The notes: generated from the letters alone by a model not told the origin. A DNA stretch of 32,000 bases from Candidatus Saccharimonadota bacterium (GCA_963677105.1 OY781871.1:930417-962416); one strand, 5' to 3'. Positions 18,243 to 26,413 are shown, counted from the first letter of the stretch. Numbers and translations are program-made.

Positions 18243-19141
18243 AACACGTACCGTGGCCTGTTTTAGTCGCTGAGTTTGTTTGTTGGAGCGTGCTATTAGT
18301 GATTCCTTTATATATTTGGTTTGGAGATGTCCCTTTTGAATTAGTCTGGATATTGGGTGTTGGATGGATTATTTGGGCGTATATGCATTTTCTTGCTCCA
18401 AATTTTCTTATGACATACAAAGTGTCTTTGCCAAAAATAGGAAAACATGCATTAAAAATAGCTTTAATTGCAGATTTGCATGCTGGTCCATTTAAAGGAA
18501 CACGCTTCTTTAGACGTGTTGTAAAACGAATTAATAAAGAGTCTCCAGATATAATATTAATTCCTGGTGATTTTTTGTTGGGAACAGCTCAAAAGTTTGC
18601 AAAAAAATTAGAACCGCTAAAGGATCTTTGTACTCCAGCTTTTTATACATTAGGAAATCATGATCATTGGTTACATAATCCAAATGGAAAAGAGGCGGGA
18701 AGTTCATTTCTTCGAAAAAAATTAAAAGAATTTGGGCTTTGTGAATTAAAAAACAATGCAATAAAGTGGAAGAATCAAATATGGATAGCAGGAGTAGATG
18801 ATAATTATTATGGATATGATGATTTGGACAAAGCCTTTCAAAAAGTTCCAGATATGGAGGAAAGTATTTTATTGGCACATTCGCCGGATATCGTTGATAA
18901 ATTCAAAGATGAAAAAAGACCGGCGTTAACAGTATGTGGACATACGCATGGTGGACAAATGGCTTTCCCGTGGTTTATAAAACATATTCCTGATATTGTG
19001 TTTCATATTGTTCGACAAGAATTCGTTTGGGGGTGGTTTGGAAACGAACGTATGTTTGTGACAATGGGAGTTGGAGAATCCGGTTCACGTGCACGTTGGT
19101 GGGTTCGTCCGGAGGTTGCGATATTGAATTGTGTGGAATAA
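18239..19141 (+). CDS. Membrane-anchored calcineurin-like metallophosphoesterase, paralog 2
   Basis: Same architecture and motifs as 17031..17924: ADLHAG, PGDF, GNHDH, LAHSPD, GHTHGGQM. It aligns colinearly with paralog 1, for example SFLRKKL, ELKNNAIKWKNQIW/ELKNEAIKFKENIW, and GVDDN. Confidence 0.8.
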   Translation: MKHVPWPVLVAEFVCWSVLLVIPLYIWFGDVPFELVWILGVGWIIWAYMHFLAPNFLMTYKVSLPKIGKHALKIALIADLHAGPFKGTRFFRRVVKRINKESPDIILIPGDFLLGTAQKFAKKLEPLKDLCTPAFYTLGNHDHWLHNPNGKEAGSSFLRKKLKEFGLCELKNNAIKWKNQIWIAGVDDNYYGYDDLDKAFQKVPDMEESILLAHSPDIVDKFKDEKRPALTVCGHTHGGQMAFPWFIKHIPDIVFHIVRQEFVWGWFGNERMFVTMGVGESGSRARWWVRPEVAILNCVE

Positions 19142-19145
19142 ATAG

Positions 19146-19184
19146 TTGACAAAGTAATGACAACGCGTGTACAAAAGTGGTACA
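19146..19184 (+). promoter_or_regulatory. Candidate promoter with an overlapping inverted repeat (possible RHH operator)
   Basis: A perfect TTGACA sits at 19146-19151. An A/T-rich -10 candidate TACAAA lies at 19170-19175 with 18 nt spacing. The inverted repeat TGTAC-N7-GTACA (19168-19184) overlaps it, 20 nt upstream of the RHH gene. Confidence 0.3.
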
Positions 19185-19203
19185 TTATTTAATTATTTCA
19201 TAG

Positions 19204-19434
19204 ATGGCACATATTCAAATTCGTATTCCTGCAGCAGAAAAGGAAGCTGCTGTTGTAGTACTTGAAAACATGGGATTAAACCTATCCTCTGCTATTAAAA
19301 TATTTTTACGAAGAACGGTTCAAGAAGGACGTCTTCCGTTTGATGTGGTTGCAGACGCTAATCGTATGCCTTCTCGTTTTGAAAATTCACTTGAACAATC
19401 ATGTCCCAGTTTCTCTCAGCGCAAAATTGGTTAA
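19204..19434 (+). CDS. RelB/DinJ-family ribbon-helix-helix antitoxin-like protein (no cognate toxin seen)
   Basis: IQIRIPAAEKEAAVVVLENMGLNLSSAIKIFLRRTVQEGRLPFDV matches the DinJ/RelB pattern (i.iRid..lK..a..vl..lGls.S.ai..fl..v...g.lPF). Confidence 0.7.
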   Translation: MAHIQIRIPAAEKEAAVVVLENMGLNLSSAIKIFLRRTVQEGRLPFDVVADANRMPSRFENSLEQSCPSFSQRKIG

Positions 19435-20582
19435 AAGAACTCTCAAGTGAGGCTCAATTTTTTCGAAAAAATACAGAACCATCTCTTGATGTAGTTCATA
19501 AAATACTCGACATTTTAGGAAGACCAGATGAGTCTTTTGCATGGAGAATTATTATTGGTGGAACTGCTGGAAAGGGGACTACTTGTCGTTTAGTTGAAGA
19601 TGTATTGCTTCATTCTGGAAAAGAAGTTGCAACACTTTCTTCTCCTCATATACAGGTGATTACAGAGAGAATTCGTATTAATGGAGAATTGATTTCGATG
19701 GAAAGTTTTGGTAAGTCTGTTTTGAAAATAAAAGAAGTTTCAGTTTTGGCGTCAGTGGTTCCTACTTATTATGAAGCTATTGTTTGTGCAGGAATTTTGG
19801 CAGCGAAAGAGGCAGGATGTAAAATTCTTATTGGAGAAATTGGTCTTGGTGGAAGACTTGATGCAGTAAATGCAATTCGTGGAAAAAGAATTGCCGCCGT
19901 TACATTTATTGGACAAGATCATCTTGAAAGGTTTGGTGGAAAATTAGAAAATTTGGCGCAAGAAAAGGCAGGTATTTTTACGAAAGATGCTTGTTTTTTA
20001 TTGTCTTATGAGCAAAATTTTAGATCAATATTTAAAAAAGTTTCCAGTCGAGAGATTCTCTTTTTAAAAGGAGTTCGGAAAAACTTGAATAAAAAACTTG
20101 CTCGAAATATATGTAGAATAGTTCTCGAAAACAGTGATTTCGTGATGACGAAACCAAAACTTCCTTGTCGTTGGGAAAAAATAAAATCAAATGAAGGAAA
20201 TATTATCATTTTAGATGGAGCACATTCTGCACCACGTTTTGAGAATATACTTCCGAAGCTGAAGAAAATTTCAGGGAAAAAAGTTGGTATTTTGGGATTA
20301 GGGAAAAATCATGATCCAGAAGCGTTTAAAATTATTGAAAATGAATTTGATGAAATATTTTGGGTAAAAATTTCTGAAATACGAGATTCTTGGGCACCTG
20401 AAAAATTACAGAAAATAATAAAAAGAGGAATAGTGTGTTCAGATGTTAAGAGTGCATTAAAACAGGCACAGGACTTAAACGGAACTATTTTTGTGAATAG
20501 CTTTTTTCTTGGTGGAGAAGTGCGGAATATGTTTTATGATCCAGTGAAAATATTGGAGCAACAAACGGAATTTCCTCAGTAA
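19401..20582 (+). CDS. folC: Folylpolyglutamate synthase/dihydrofolate synthase family (Mur-ligase superfamily)
   Basis: The sequence is colinear with FolC motifs: GGTAGKGTTCR (P-loop), SSPHI, ERIRING, EIGLGGRLDAVN, DHLERFG...AQEKAGIF and LDGAHS. The only ATG that keeps the N-terminus overlaps the RHH gene by 34 nt. Confidence 0.8.
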   Translation: MSQFLSAQNWLKELSSEAQFFRKNTEPSLDVVHKILDILGRPDESFAWRIIIGGTAGKGTTCRLVEDVLLHSGKEVATLSSPHIQVITERIRINGELISMESFGKSVLKIKEVSVLASVVPTYYEAIVCAGILAAKEAGCKILIGEIGLGGRLDAVNAIRGKRIAAVTFIGQDHLERFGGKLENLAQEKAGIFTKDACFLLSYEQNFRSIFKKVSSREILFLKGVRKNLNKKLARNICRIVLENSDFVMTKPKLPCRWEKIKSNEGNIIILDGAHSAPRFENILPKLKKISGKKVGILGLGKNHDPEAFKIIENEFDEIFWVKISEIRDSWAPEKLQKIIKRGIVCSDVKSALKQAQDLNGTIFVNSFFLGGEVRNMFYDPVKILEQQTEFPQ

Positions 20583-21028
20583 CCTCGATCCATTGCTTCA
20601 TTTGCAAGTTGGTCTGCGCGTTTATTTTTTTCGCGTGGAATATGTTCAAAAACGATATTGTTAAACTTCTCTCGTAAGAGTGAGGCTTTTTTAAATAAAG
20701 GTTTTATATTTATATTTTTTACTTTCCAATTCCCTGACATCTGTTCTACGGCCAATTTTGAGTCCAATCGAACCAGAAGGTCAGTGACTTTGTTTTCAAG
20801 TGCTAATTCCATTCCTCGAATCATTCCGGTGTATTCTGCAAAATTATTTGTCTGGTGTCCACACCAGATTCTGTCATAAGCAAATTCTTTTCCCTGTGTA
20901 TCAAAAAGTACGCATCCAGCACCAGCAATTCCAGGATTTCCTCGTGAACCACCATCAGCATAGAGAGTTGCTTTTTTTATGGCAGAAGATTGAGTTTTTC
21001 TGGGGATTGTAGAAAACAAATCATTCAT
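20576..21028 (-). CDS. rnhA: Ribonuclease HI
   Basis: The DEDD residues sit in their usual context: LYADGGSRGNPG, NNFAEYTGM, VRLDSKL and KNKRADQLANEA. Its ATG overlaps the proS TGA (ATGA). Confidence 0.9.
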   Translation of the reverse strand: MNDLFSTIPRKTQSSAIKKATLYADGGSRGNPGIAGAGCVLFDTQGKEFAYDRIWCGHQTNNFAEYTGMIRGMELALENKVTDLLVRLDSKLAVEQMSGNWKVKNINIKPLFKKASLLREKFNNIVFEHIPREKNKRADQLANEAMDRGY

Positions 21029-22722
21029 TTTGATAAAAATGTAACAAGTTTATCAAATGGAACATGAGTCGTTTTTCCCGTTTTTCGAGCAACAATTTCT
21101 GCCATTCCAGATTGTATTCCCCGTTCAGAAATTACGACGCGATAGGGAATTCCAAGAAGTTCAGAATCTGCGAATTTTTGACCTGGTCCTACTTTTTTAT
21201 CACGACGATCATCGTATAAAACCTCAACTCCAGCTTTTTGTAATTTTAAATATAGTGCGTCTGCTTTTTCAAAAACAGAATCATCTTTTCCAATAGGCGC
21301 AAGATATACTTTAGCTGGTGCGACATTTTCTGGCCAAACAAGCCCTTTTTCATCTGCAAATATTTCTGCCAAAACTCCCATTATTCGAGATATTCCAATT
21401 CCATAACATCCCATAATGATTTCTTGTCCATTGGAATGGAAATTGAATGCTTTCGAAAACTTATTTGCTAAAGGGAAAATATTTCCTACTTCGATCGCCT
21501 GGAATGTTTCATACTTTTCGCCAGTTTCAGGATAAAAATCACCTTTTTGTGCAACTTTTATATCATAAAATTTTTCTGGTTTTTTTATGTCACGATCGAA
21601 GTTCACATTGATTGAATGGAAATTTTCTTTATTTGCTCCCATTTCAAAATTAATTCGTCCTTCACAGGATTCATCCCAGAAAATAAGTACTTCTTTTGGT
21701 AAATTAAGAATTCCTGCATATCCTACTGGAGCGCCCGTAATTCGTTTTACAGTTTCTTCACTTGCGAGTTCCAAAGATGGACAGTTGGACACTTTTCGGA
21801 GTTTTCGGATATCTATTTCTCGATTTCCACGAACAGCTGCTGCTACGATAGTTTTTCCGTCTTCTGATTCAAATAAAATTGTTTTTGTTGTCTTCTCAAC
21901 AGGAATATTTAGAAAATTCGCTAGTTCTTTCACACCAATTATTCCTTTTCCTAAAACATCTTTCATTTCTAAAATTTTTTCATCAGCATTTTCCCATTTT
22001 GGAGCATTACAAGGAGTGATCTCTTTATTGAGATATTTATCTTTACTCTTGACATAAAATAATTCATCTTCTCCAATAGGGGAAAGCGTTTGGAATTCAT
22101 GAGAAAATTCAGAAAATGCTCCGCCGTCAGCGGCGACAAACTTTGTAATATCTCCAATTCCAAGTCTTTTGTATATCTTGTGATACGCATTTGTCATTAC
22201 GTCATAATATTTTTCAAAATCTTCCTGAGAAGTGTGAAAGGAATACGCATCTTTCATGAGAAACTCTCGTCCGCGTAAAAGCCCGGATTTGGCTCGTGGT
22301 TCATTACGAAATTTATTTTGTATTTGGAACACACATTTTGGGAAATCTTTCGGGGAATTTGCAAATGTTTGCACCAAGGGAGTTATGAGCTCTTCATGTG
22401 TCGGATTGAGCGCTATCTCTTTGTTTCCAGAAAGTTCTAATTTAAATAAAACATCAATCTCATTCCATCGTCCTGTTTGTTCCCAATTTACTTTTGGAGA
22501 AAGTGCCGGCATAAGTAATTCAGATGCGCCAACAGCTTCTATTTCAGATCGAACAATATTTTCTATTTTTCGTAAAACCTTGAGCCCTAAAGGCAAATAA
22601 GAATAGACTCCGGCCATTTCTTTGTTGATAAATCCTCCTCGAATGAGTAACTCTGCATTTTTAGAGTTTTCATCAGAAGGGGACTCTTTAAGAGTTTTGA
22701 GTAATAATTGAGTATATTTCAT
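21025..22722 (-). CDS. proS: Prolyl-tRNA synthetase (bacterial type with inserted editing domain)
   Basis: Class II motifs: FRNEPRAKSGLLRGREFLMKDAYSF, GCYGIGISRI. It also has a central INS-like domain and a C-terminal anticodon-binding domain. Confidence 0.95.
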   Translation of the reverse strand: MKYTQLLLKTLKESPSDENSKNAELLIRGGFINKEMAGVYSYLPLGLKVLRKIENIVRSEIEAVGASELLMPALSPKVNWEQTGRWNEIDVLFKLELSGNKEIALNPTHEELITPLVQTFANSPKDFPKCVFQIQNKFRNEPRAKSGLLRGREFLMKDAYSFHTSQEDFEKYYDVMTNAYHKIYKRLGIGDITKFVAADGGAFSEFSHEFQTLSPIGEDELFYVKSKDKYLNKEITPCNAPKWENADEKILEMKDVLGKGIIGVKELANFLNIPVEKTTKTILFESEDGKTIVAAAVRGNREIDIRKLRKVSNCPSLELASEETVKRITGAPVGYAGILNLPKEVLIFWDESCEGRINFEMGANKENFHSINVNFDRDIKKPEKFYDIKVAQKGDFYPETGEKYETFQAIEVGNIFPLANKFSKAFNFHSNGQEIIMGCYGIGISRIMGVLAEIFADEKGLVWPENVAPAKVYLAPIGKDDSVFEKADALYLKLQKAGVEVLYDDRRDKKVGPGQKFADSELLGIPYRVVISERGIQSGMAEIVARKTGKTTHVPFDKLVTFLSK

Positions 22723-22779
22723 TTATTTTATGCGAAAAAATCGTTCAAATTCTACTGTGCATCACAATATTTTCCAAAT

Positions 22780-23919
22780 TCAATTTATTATTTCAAATCC
22801 TGCTTCGCGAGCGCTTTTTATATTTTGAAAATATTTTATAGGCTCAAGTCTTTTGTACCAACTACTTTTCGGCGTATGAGCTTTTCCACTTTTAGAAATT
22901 TTTATAGGACAATTTACATCAAAAACAGATTTCTTTTGTACTTTCCCTTGAAGTGCTTCTGTTGCGCAATTAATCCATGCACCACGAGGATTTTTATATA
23001 CTTCTTCCTGAAGGGCTAAAAATTCTGTTTTGAATTGAGTATCGACTTCATTGAAAAAAGTTTTCCCGTATCCATTTTTAATCATTTCTTTATTTATATG
23101 TCGAGGTTGTCCAATTTTGTTAAGTTCTTTTGGAATCCATACATGGCGTAAAATACAACGTTTATCGTCCAACTGAGATATGTCTTGAGTGAGTTCTATG
23201 TTTTTTCCTAGAATTAATTGAGAAAGAAAATCTCTTGATTCTTTGCCAAAACATTGATGTCCACGTCGTGTATCAAGTGGTGATGGAGTTGCAATTCCTA
23301 ATAAATGAACGCATGCACCATTTTCAAGAGTAATTAGGTTTCCACTTTCAATAGAAGCAACTCGTCCAATTGATATAGGAGCAAGTAAATGAGCAAATTT
23401 CTTTTTCCAATTCATTGTAATGACACCTGCGTTTTTCCTTATTTTTTCATTCATTTTTTGATACATTGGTTTATCCCAAACACCAATCTTATTTTGAAAA
23501 GCAACTGCTTCTGCTTTTTTAAATTTATTATCGAATCGAGTGTTAATAGAATCTGATTTAAAATGACCAAGACCCTTTTTTAGAAGGAGTTCTACAAGAT
23601 TTTCTCCATTTTCTAATTTTACATGACGAGGATAAACATTATTGTTTCGAGAAACCTGATCTTCAAGTATTTTTATATTTTGTGTTTCAAAAATAAGTTT
23701 TAAGAGACGATAAGTTTGTCGAGAAGTTCCTCGTTCTTTTCTTGTGGGAAAGAGGTGATCTGGTCCATCAAATCCGATGAGTTGTATTACTTTTCCATCA
23801 GCAAGAAGGGCATGTTCAGTATCAATAGTTCGTATTACTTTTGAGGGTTTCCAATTAAGGGCTGATACAGAACATGTAGTAATAACACCGATTAACAAAT
23901 AATATATTTTATATTTCAT
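22780..23919 (-). CDS. Secreted protein with two staphylococcal-nuclease (SNase/thermonuclease)-like domains and a C-terminal small conserved motif
   Basis: Signal peptide MKYKIYYLLIGVITTCSVSA. Domain 1: IDTEHA...IQLIGFDGPD...YPRHV...KIGVWD. Domain 2: IESGNLI...VHLLGIATPS...ILRHVW...NPRGAW. The tail is CPIKISKSGKAHTPKSSWYKRL...SAREAGFE. ATG 23919 (or 23934) is preferred to the track start 24078, which overlaps tig. Confidence 0.7.
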   Translation of the reverse strand: MKYKIYYLLIGVITTCSVSALNWKPSKVIRTIDTEHALLADGKVIQLIGFDGPDHLFPTRKERGTSRQTYRLLKLIFETQNIKILEDQVSRNNNVYPRHVKLENGENLVELLLKKGLGHFKSDSINTRFDNKFKKAEAVAFQNKIGVWDKPMYQKMNEKIRKNAGVITMNWKKKFAHLLAPISIGRVASIESGNLITLENGACVHLLGIATPSPLDTRRGHQCFGKESRDFLSQLILGKNIELTQDISQLDDKRCILRHVWIPKELNKIGQPRHINKEMIKNGYGKTFFNEVDTQFKTEFLALQEEVYKNPRGAWINCATEALQGKVQKKSVFDVNCPIKISKSGKAHTPKSSWYKRLEPIKYFQNIKSAREAGFEIIN

Positions 23920-24011
23920 TAAAAATACGCTCATTGAGATACAAAAAATTGTCAAAAAAAATATTTTCGTTACCCTCTGCTCGTATAACTTTTTCTTAAA
24001 AGAACGAAAAT

Positions 24012-25259
24012 ATGGTTGATTACAAAACAATTTCAGGTTCACGTATAGAATTTCAACTCGAAATTTCTGAAGAATCAATTAAAAAAGCGCATAAAATAAC
24101 AATTGATTCCTTTCGTAAAAAAGTTGGAGTGAAAGGATTTCGAAAAGGACATGCGCCAGATGAGGTTGTATTACAGTCTGTTGGACTTGAACGAATCTCA
24201 TACGAAGCGATGAATAGAGCTATAGACATGGAATATAAGGGATTTTTATCGAAAAATGATATCTCTCCAGTAAGCGCACCATCTGTTGACGTGAAGGATT
24301 GGGAAAAGAAACCACTTCAAGTAAAATGTATAGTTGAAGTATATCCAGAAGTGAAATTAGGTGATTTTTCAAAAATAAAAGTAGCGCCAATTGATGTAAA
24401 GGTGGAAGAAAAAGAAATTGATGATGTTATATCTACAATTATGTCCGATTCACAACTTGGAAAAAAAGTTGATCGTACAGCGAAGAAAGGAGATATTGTC
24501 GTGATTGATTTTCTGGGAAGAGGAAAAGATAATTCAGTTTTGCCACGAACAGACGGAAAAGAACAACGTGTTCGTCTAGGAATAGGGCACTTTTTGGAAG
24601 ATTTAGAAGCTGGAATTATTGGAATGAAGGCAGGAGAAGAAAAGAAGGATATTAAGGTGAAATTTCCGAAGAATTATCATTCTTCTGATATGGCAGGGAA
24701 GACAGTTCCATTTGAAGTAAAAGTACATTCCGTCGAAGAAATTTCAGTGAAAGACTTTGATGAAGCAATGATTGAGAAGGTAACAGGACAGAAAAAAACA
24801 GTGGAATTATTTCGAAAAGATTTAAAAAGTATGATCGTAGCAAATAAAACACAGACAGAGAAAAAGAAGCGAATAGAGGAGTATCAAGATAAGTTAGTTA
24901 AAATGACAAAATGTGAATTGCCAGAAAGTTGGATTCAAGGAGAAGTTAATTCTCGAATGGAACGACTCAAGGCGTCTCCACAGTTTCAACACGATCCAGA
25001 TGCTTTTTGGAAACAAGTTGGGAAAACAGAAGAAGCCATGAAAAAGGAGTTTATAGGTTCTTCAGAAGAGAGTTTAAAATCGTATTTAGCCTTAGTGGAG
25101 GCTGTTAAACAATCAAATATTATGCTTTCCGCAGAGGAGGAAAAAGAAGCCCTTCATGAAGCAGGGCATGCTCCAGAAAATGTTTCAAAAGAACAAGCCA
25201 TGGAGAAAGCAGTTTTAAGTAGAAAAATTGACAAGTTCCTTGAGCAGGCAGTATCCTGA
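24012..25259 (+). CDS. tig: Trigger factor
   Basis: N-terminal ribosome-binding signature GFRKGHAP. A central FKBP-like region (GDIVVIDFLG...GMKAGEEK) and a helical C-terminal arm domain follow. Confidence 0.9.
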   Translation: MVDYKTISGSRIEFQLEISEESIKKAHKITIDSFRKKVGVKGFRKGHAPDEVVLQSVGLERISYEAMNRAIDMEYKGFLSKNDISPVSAPSVDVKDWEKKPLQVKCIVEVYPEVKLGDFSKIKVAPIDVKVEEKEIDDVISTIMSDSQLGKKVDRTAKKGDIVVIDFLGRGKDNSVLPRTDGKEQRVRLGIGHFLEDLEAGIIGMKAGEEKKDIKVKFPKNYHSSDMAGKTVPFEVKVHSVEEISVKDFDEAMIEKVTGQKKTVELFRKDLKSMIVANKTQTEKKKRIEEYQDKLVKMTKCELPESWIQGEVNSRMERLKASPQFQHDPDAFWKQVGKTEEAMKKEFIGSSEESLKSYLALVEAVKQSNIMLSAEEEKEALHEAGHAPENVSKEQAMEKAVLSRKIDKFLEQAVS

Positions 25260-25264
25260 TTTCG

Positions 25265-25498
25265 ATGAAAAAAGTATTTTTTTCGCTTTCGGGAATAGCC
25301 ACGCTTATTGCTCTCATTATCTGTTTTCAGAATATTGCAGTTAGTGCAATGGTTGGGATTTTCTTTGGTGGGGGAAGTGGTACTTTGTTTTGGCCACTAG
25401 CTTTTTTGTTTTTACTTGGAGCAGTTGCAGGTTTCTTCTTGGGATTAGCGCTTCTAGCAAAGAAAGAACAACCTCATGACATTGGTGGCGGATTTTAA
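25265..25498 (+). CDS. Small integral membrane protein (two TM helices, Gly-rich loop; LapA/DUF1049-like, tentative)
   Basis: Sequence is MKKVFFSLSGIATLIALIICF...GGGSGTLFWPLAFLFLLGAVAGFFLGLALLAKK. It starts 6 nt after the tig stop. Confidence 0.5.
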   Translation: MKKVFFSLSGIATLIALIICFQNIAVSAMVGIFFGGGSGTLFWPLAFLFLLGAVAGFFLGLALLAKKEQPHDIGGGF

Positions 25499-25792
25499 TA
25501 TTTAAAAGCAAGATCAAGTAATTATTTACGTTTAGGTTATTTTTTGTGATATTCGAACGAACGACGTTGTCCAACAATTACCTTGTTCTTGTGTGTATAA
25601 TTTTTTTGTTCATCAGTATTTTATTGATACATTTTTTTGTTCAATCTTTTGTTTTTTTGTGAACGTGTTGAAAAAAATGTTTCACAAGAAGCCTTATCTG
25701 ATGCGAGGTCAACTTGTTTTGCACAAAAAAGATTTGACGAAAGAGGGGAAATCGAATACGTTTTTTGTACTAGACATTTCTGTGCAAAAAAA

Positions 25793-26368
25793 ATGCTCAA
25801 AAAGATTTTTGGATCCGGCGCCCGAGTGAAACTATTTCGACAGTTCTTATTAAATCCTAAGGAGGAATTTTTTATACGAGAACTTACACGTATTCTTGAT
25901 GAGCAGATTAATTCATTACGAAGAGAGCTTGCGAATTTAGAAAAAATTGGAATGCTTAAATCTTCAGAGCGAAACAGAAAGAAGTATTATAGATTGAATC
26001 CACATTGTCCCATTTTATCGGAATTGACTTCAATTATTCGTAAAAATGAGAAATCATATGTTACATTGCTTCAAAAAATATCTAAGCTCGGAGGAATTGA
26101 TATATTAATTCTTGGTGGACAATTTATTGGCAAAGAAGCAGATGTTGATTTATTTCTAGTTGGAGATGTTAAAAAAGAATCACTTGCAACATTTGTTGAT
26201 AAGGAATTCCCAGAGCAGCGAATTAAATTTTCTGTGATGCCACGGGAAGACTTTTTGTATCGAATGACTCTCAAAGATAAGTTTGTAAAAACATTGTTTG
26301 AAGAGAGAGAAAACATTATTTTGAAGAATAAGTTGAAAAAAGACACAGAGCCACTCGTTGTGCTTTGA
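25793..26368 (+). CDS. Winged-HTH (ArsR-like) domain fused to a minimal nucleotidyltransferase-like domain
   Basis: The N-terminal ARVKLFRQFLLNPKEEFFIRELTRILDEQINSLRRELANLEKIGMLK...KKYYRLN is wHTH-like. The C-terminal ILILGGQFIGKEADVDLFLVGD resembles the G[GS]x(n)DxD NTase motif. ATG 25793 is preferred; the track's upstream 52 aa look non-coding. Confidence 0.6.
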   Translation: MLKKIFGSGARVKLFRQFLLNPKEEFFIRELTRILDEQINSLRRELANLEKIGMLKSSERNRKKYYRLNPHCPILSELTSIIRKNEKSYVTLLQKISKLGGIDILILGGQFIGKEADVDLFLVGDVKKESLATFVDKEFPEQRIKFSVMPREDFLYRMTLKDKFVKTLFEERENIILKNKLKKDTEPLVVL

Positions 26369-26385
26369 TTTTTTTTGAAAAAAAC

Positions 26386-26413
26386 TTGCACTCCGGAATG
26401 TTTCCGGTAAAGT
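26386..26413 (+). promoter_or_regulatory. Strong sigma70-like promoter of rplS with a palindrome in the spacer
   Basis: An A7 tract and C precede TTGCAC (26386-26391), 16 nt spacer, TAAAGT (26408-26413), then CGCGCG. The spacer is almost entirely the perfect palindrome CCGGAA-TGT-TTCCGG (26393-26407). Confidence 0.55.

Noticed and set aside
18975-19185. Two minus-strand 60-62-aa ORFs next to the RHH gene, considered as a possible missing toxin
   Set aside because: They overlap the 3' end of the MPE2 gene. They show no RelE/YafQ/ParE-like features and are in the wrong orientation for a canonical TA operon.
21587-22057. 156-aa plus-strand ORF antisense to proS, and 22256..22600 likewise
   Set aside because: Both are shadow ORFs within proS, with serine-rich nonsense-like sequence.
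23920-24078. Track start of the nuclease ORF at 24078, an N-terminal 53-aa extension
   Set aside because: It would overlap the tig start by 67 nt and bury the signal peptide. The internal ATG at 23919 (or 23934) gives a canonical signal sequence.
25593-25829. 78-aa ORF and the 52-aa N-terminal extension of the 25637 ORF in the long T-rich gap
   Set aside because: The translations are dominated by Phe/Cys/Lys from T- and A-runs. The wHTH domain begins cleanly at ATG 25793, so I treat the region as non-coding.
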